From: Weeksellaceae bacterium
Lineage (GTDB): Bacteria > Bacteroidota > Bacteroidia > Flavobacteriales > Weeksellaceae
Direction: 5' to 3'
DNA: 49,900 nucleotides
Assembly (NCBI GenBank): GCA_022701545.1
Contig: JAKOOG010000235.1
Span: 1-49,900, forward strand
The position numbers and the translations under genes are program-made. The notes beneath the pieces are model-generated. The model had not been told where the DNA came from, searched no databases, and saw only the letters and a program-made list of their open reading frames with translations. This document shows, in pieces, positions 47,753 to 49,900 of the stretch; the stretch's first letter is position 1; every line of letters starts with the position of its first letter.

Positions 47753-47893
47753 CAACCGGAAGATCCGGTAAAAGACAAATTCAATTTTTTATCTTTCCCG
47801 CTTCATCCAAAAGCAGGGACAGATCGTCCTGTGCTTAACCGGACCCTTATTATCCCATACTCATTTATAATTTAATCTGTAAAAAACATACTT

Positions 47894-49141
47894 ATGGAAT
47901 CGGCAAAATTTACCGAAAAGAAGTACCTTGTCGTACTTGCTTTTGTAACTTCATTGTTTTTTTTCTGGGCCATCGCCCTTACGATGGGTGACGTTCTGAA
48001 CAAGCATTTCCAGAATGTCCTGCATATTTCCAAATCCGAATCCGGGCTGGTTCAGCTTTCCATCTTCGGAGCTTATGCCCTGATGGGAATTCCTGCCGGG
48101 CTTTTTATGAAAAAGTTCGGGTATAAAATGGGCGTTATTTTGGGCCTTGCTTTGTTTGCAGCAGGATGTTTCCTGTTTGTTCCGGCGGCCAATACCGCTT
48201 CTTTTAATTTTTTCAGGGTTGCTCTCTTTATCCTTGCTTTGGGAATGGCGACTCTGGAAACCGTAGCACACCCGTTTGTAGCCTCGCTCGGTGACGAAAA
48301 AACGAGTGACCAGCGTGTCAACTTTGCCCAGTCTTTCAATGGACTGGGAGCGATTATGGGGCCTCTGCTGGGCGGATTTTTTATCTTCAGCGGTACCGGA
48401 GGAGACCAGTCTTTGGATTCCGTGAAAATTCTGTATACCTGGATCGGGATCGTGGTGGTGGTATTGGTGGTTATTTTCGCTTTTATCAAAGTTCCGGACC
48501 TGAAAGATCCGCATGCCGAAGAAACGGAAATGCTTGAACATGCTACAGGGGAGGCCCATCACCATGACCAGGTAAACACAAATGCACCGCTCTGGAAGCA
48601 GAGACATTTTGTATTTGCCGTGATCGCACAGTTTTTCAATATTGCGGCCCAAGGCGGTACATGGGCGTTCTTCATCAATTACGGGGTAGAAAAAATGCAC
48701 CTTCAGGAAACACAGGCCTCTTATTATTTCTCGCTGAGCATGGCCATGATGATGGTCGGAAGATTCATCGGAACTTTCTTAATGAGATATATTGCTCCGA
48801 ATAAAGTGCTGGCTATTTTCACGGCCTGTAACATTGTCCTTTGCTTAATTATTTCCCAGAGCTTCGGATGGGTTTCCTTTACCAGCCTGATCCTGCTTAA
48901 TTTATTCCTGAGTGTGATGTATCCTACCATTTTCAGTTTGGGACTAAAGAAACTGGGCGGGAAAGTTCATCAGGCTTCTTCATTCCTTGTGATGGCGATG
49001 TTCGGCGGTGCGTTTTTCACTCCGATCATGGGTAAGATCGCCGAAACGGATGTTGCCCACGCCTACCTGTTGCCGATCATCTGTTATGCCATCATCATTT
49101 TATTTGCCGTTAAATTTTATAAGCCTAAAACTTTAAAGTAA
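47894..49141 (+). CDS. MFS sugar transporter (FucP/GluP family)
   Basis: SLFFFWA, LETVAHP, RVNFAQSFNGLG and SVMYPTIFSL motifs. Confidence 0.9.
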   Translation: MESAKFTEKKYLVVLAFVTSLFFFWAIALTMGDVLNKHFQNVLHISKSESGLVQLSIFGAYALMGIPAGLFMKKFGYKMGVILGLALFAAGCFLFVPAANTASFNFFRVALFILALGMATLETVAHPFVASLGDEKTSDQRVNFAQSFNGLGAIMGPLLGGFFIFSGTGGDQSLDSVKILYTWIGIVVVVLVVIFAFIKVPDLKDPHAEETEMLEHATGEAHHHDQVNTNAPLWKQRHFVFAVIAQFFNIAAQGGTWAFFINYGVEKMHLQETQASYYFSLSMAMMMVGRFIGTFLMRYIAPNKVLAIFTACNIVLCLIISQSFGWVSFTSLILLNLFLSVMYPTIFSLGLKKLGGKVHQASSFLVMAMFGGAFFTPIMGKIAETDVAHAYLLPIICYAIIILFAVKFYKPKTLK

Positions 49142-49148
49142 ACTTTAA

Positions 49149-49900
49149 ATGATTAAAAATAAATATTTTAAAGGCTGCCTGCTTGTGCTGATGATGTTCA
49201 GCAAGGCAGCCTTGGCACAGATCGTCATTACCAACCAGAAGTTTTCATTCGGGACCACGGGGAGAATCGGGGCAGGCTATTCCCCGAATGCAGACGGCAG
49301 AACAGGTAGGCAATTGAATCTGAATAATCAGGGATCATTGGGCGGACGGATGGATCAGGGCGATTATGTGGACTTCTTGCCGGCTTTTCATTTCACGCCC
49401 GTGGTGGGCGACAGTGCTAAAAAGACAAAGATTGACATGCAGGCCAGGCTGAGCTTTTATTCAGGAGGAACTTTCCTGGGGAATGTAGATACCAAATCGA
49501 ACCAGGGGATGATCGTGGCTTTACCGGAAGCATTTGTAGAAGCACGGAACATTATGGGCAGCGACTGGGATGTCTGGGCCGGCTCCCGATGGTTGCGTTT
49601 CGATGATGTGCATATTGCGGACTACTTTTATTTTGACGACCATTCGGCAACAGGCTGGGGCGTACGGCACAAGAACAGCCGTTTTTCCATGTTTTTCCCT
49701 GCAGCCATCGATACGGCCGCAAGCAACTCGACGCCGTATTCTTATACCAACGTCATCAGCGGAGGAAAAAACTTGATCTACAGGCAGCGGGAAGTTTTTG
49801 TGCTGGAACAGATTATTCCGTTTAAAAACAACAACCACAAGGTAAAACTGCTGGCTGAATTCCATACCGTAGACAAATCCGGGAAAAATTCTGTAGAGCA
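49149..49900 (+). CDS. LamB/ScrY-like carbohydrate porin (3'-truncated at window edge)
   Basis: Not in the ORF track. Manual translation gives MIKNKYFKGCLLVLMMFSKAALAQ...FSFGTTGRIGAG...LPEAFVEARN..WAGSRWLRFDDVHIADYFYFD, which resembles LamB [21 protein letters not shown]. Confidence 0.72.
   Translation, partial: MIKNKYFKGCLLVLMMFSKAALAQIVITNQKFSFGTTGRIGAGYSPNADGRTGRQLNLNNQGSLGGRMDQGDYVDFLPAFHFTPVVGDSAKKTKIDMQARLSFYSGGTFLGNVDTKSNQGMIVALPEAFVEARNIMGSDWDVWAGSRWLRFDDVHIADYFYFDDHSATGWGVRHKNSRFSMFFPAAIDTAASNSTPYSYTNVISGGKNLIYRQREVFVLEQIIPFKNNNHKVKLLAEFHTVDKSGKNSVE

Noticed and set aside
47951-48700. 249-aa antisense ORF
   Set aside because: Shadow of the MFS transporter
49521-49865. Two short ORFs at the right edge
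   Set aside because: Shadows of the porin ORF starting at 49149

Overview
Gene-dense chromosomal segment from a Bacteroidota, most likely Chryseobacterium or a relative (inferred from gene content, TAnnTTTG -7 promoter elements and T9SS C-terminal domains). It holds about 41 CDSs, two of them truncated at the edges, plus one pseudogene. No rRNA, tRNA, CRISPR array, transposase or prophage was recognised. Housekeeping genes include kdsA, pdhA, pdhC, radC, ppa, gpmI and map. Other content: a probable sulfonolipid (capnine) synthesis pair divergent from two tandem GT-C-fold glycosyltransferases, an S8 T9SS protease paired with a tail-fibre/S74-like protein, a Crp/Fnr-SMR pair, and a LacI-PfkB-MFS-LamB-like porin sugar locus with two operators. 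The most interesting region is a copper locus (13480-23493). An HMA-AraC regulator lies upstream of copA, and matching 21-bp-spaced direct repeats precede both copA and a second operon. That operon starts with an exported Cys/His-rich, NAPP-containing leader ORF (HYC_CC_PP type). The last codons of this ORF are complementary to the initiation region and AUG of the next gene about 230 nt downstream, which suggests a nascent-peptide-controlled translational switch. All functional assignments come from motif recognition; no searches were run.
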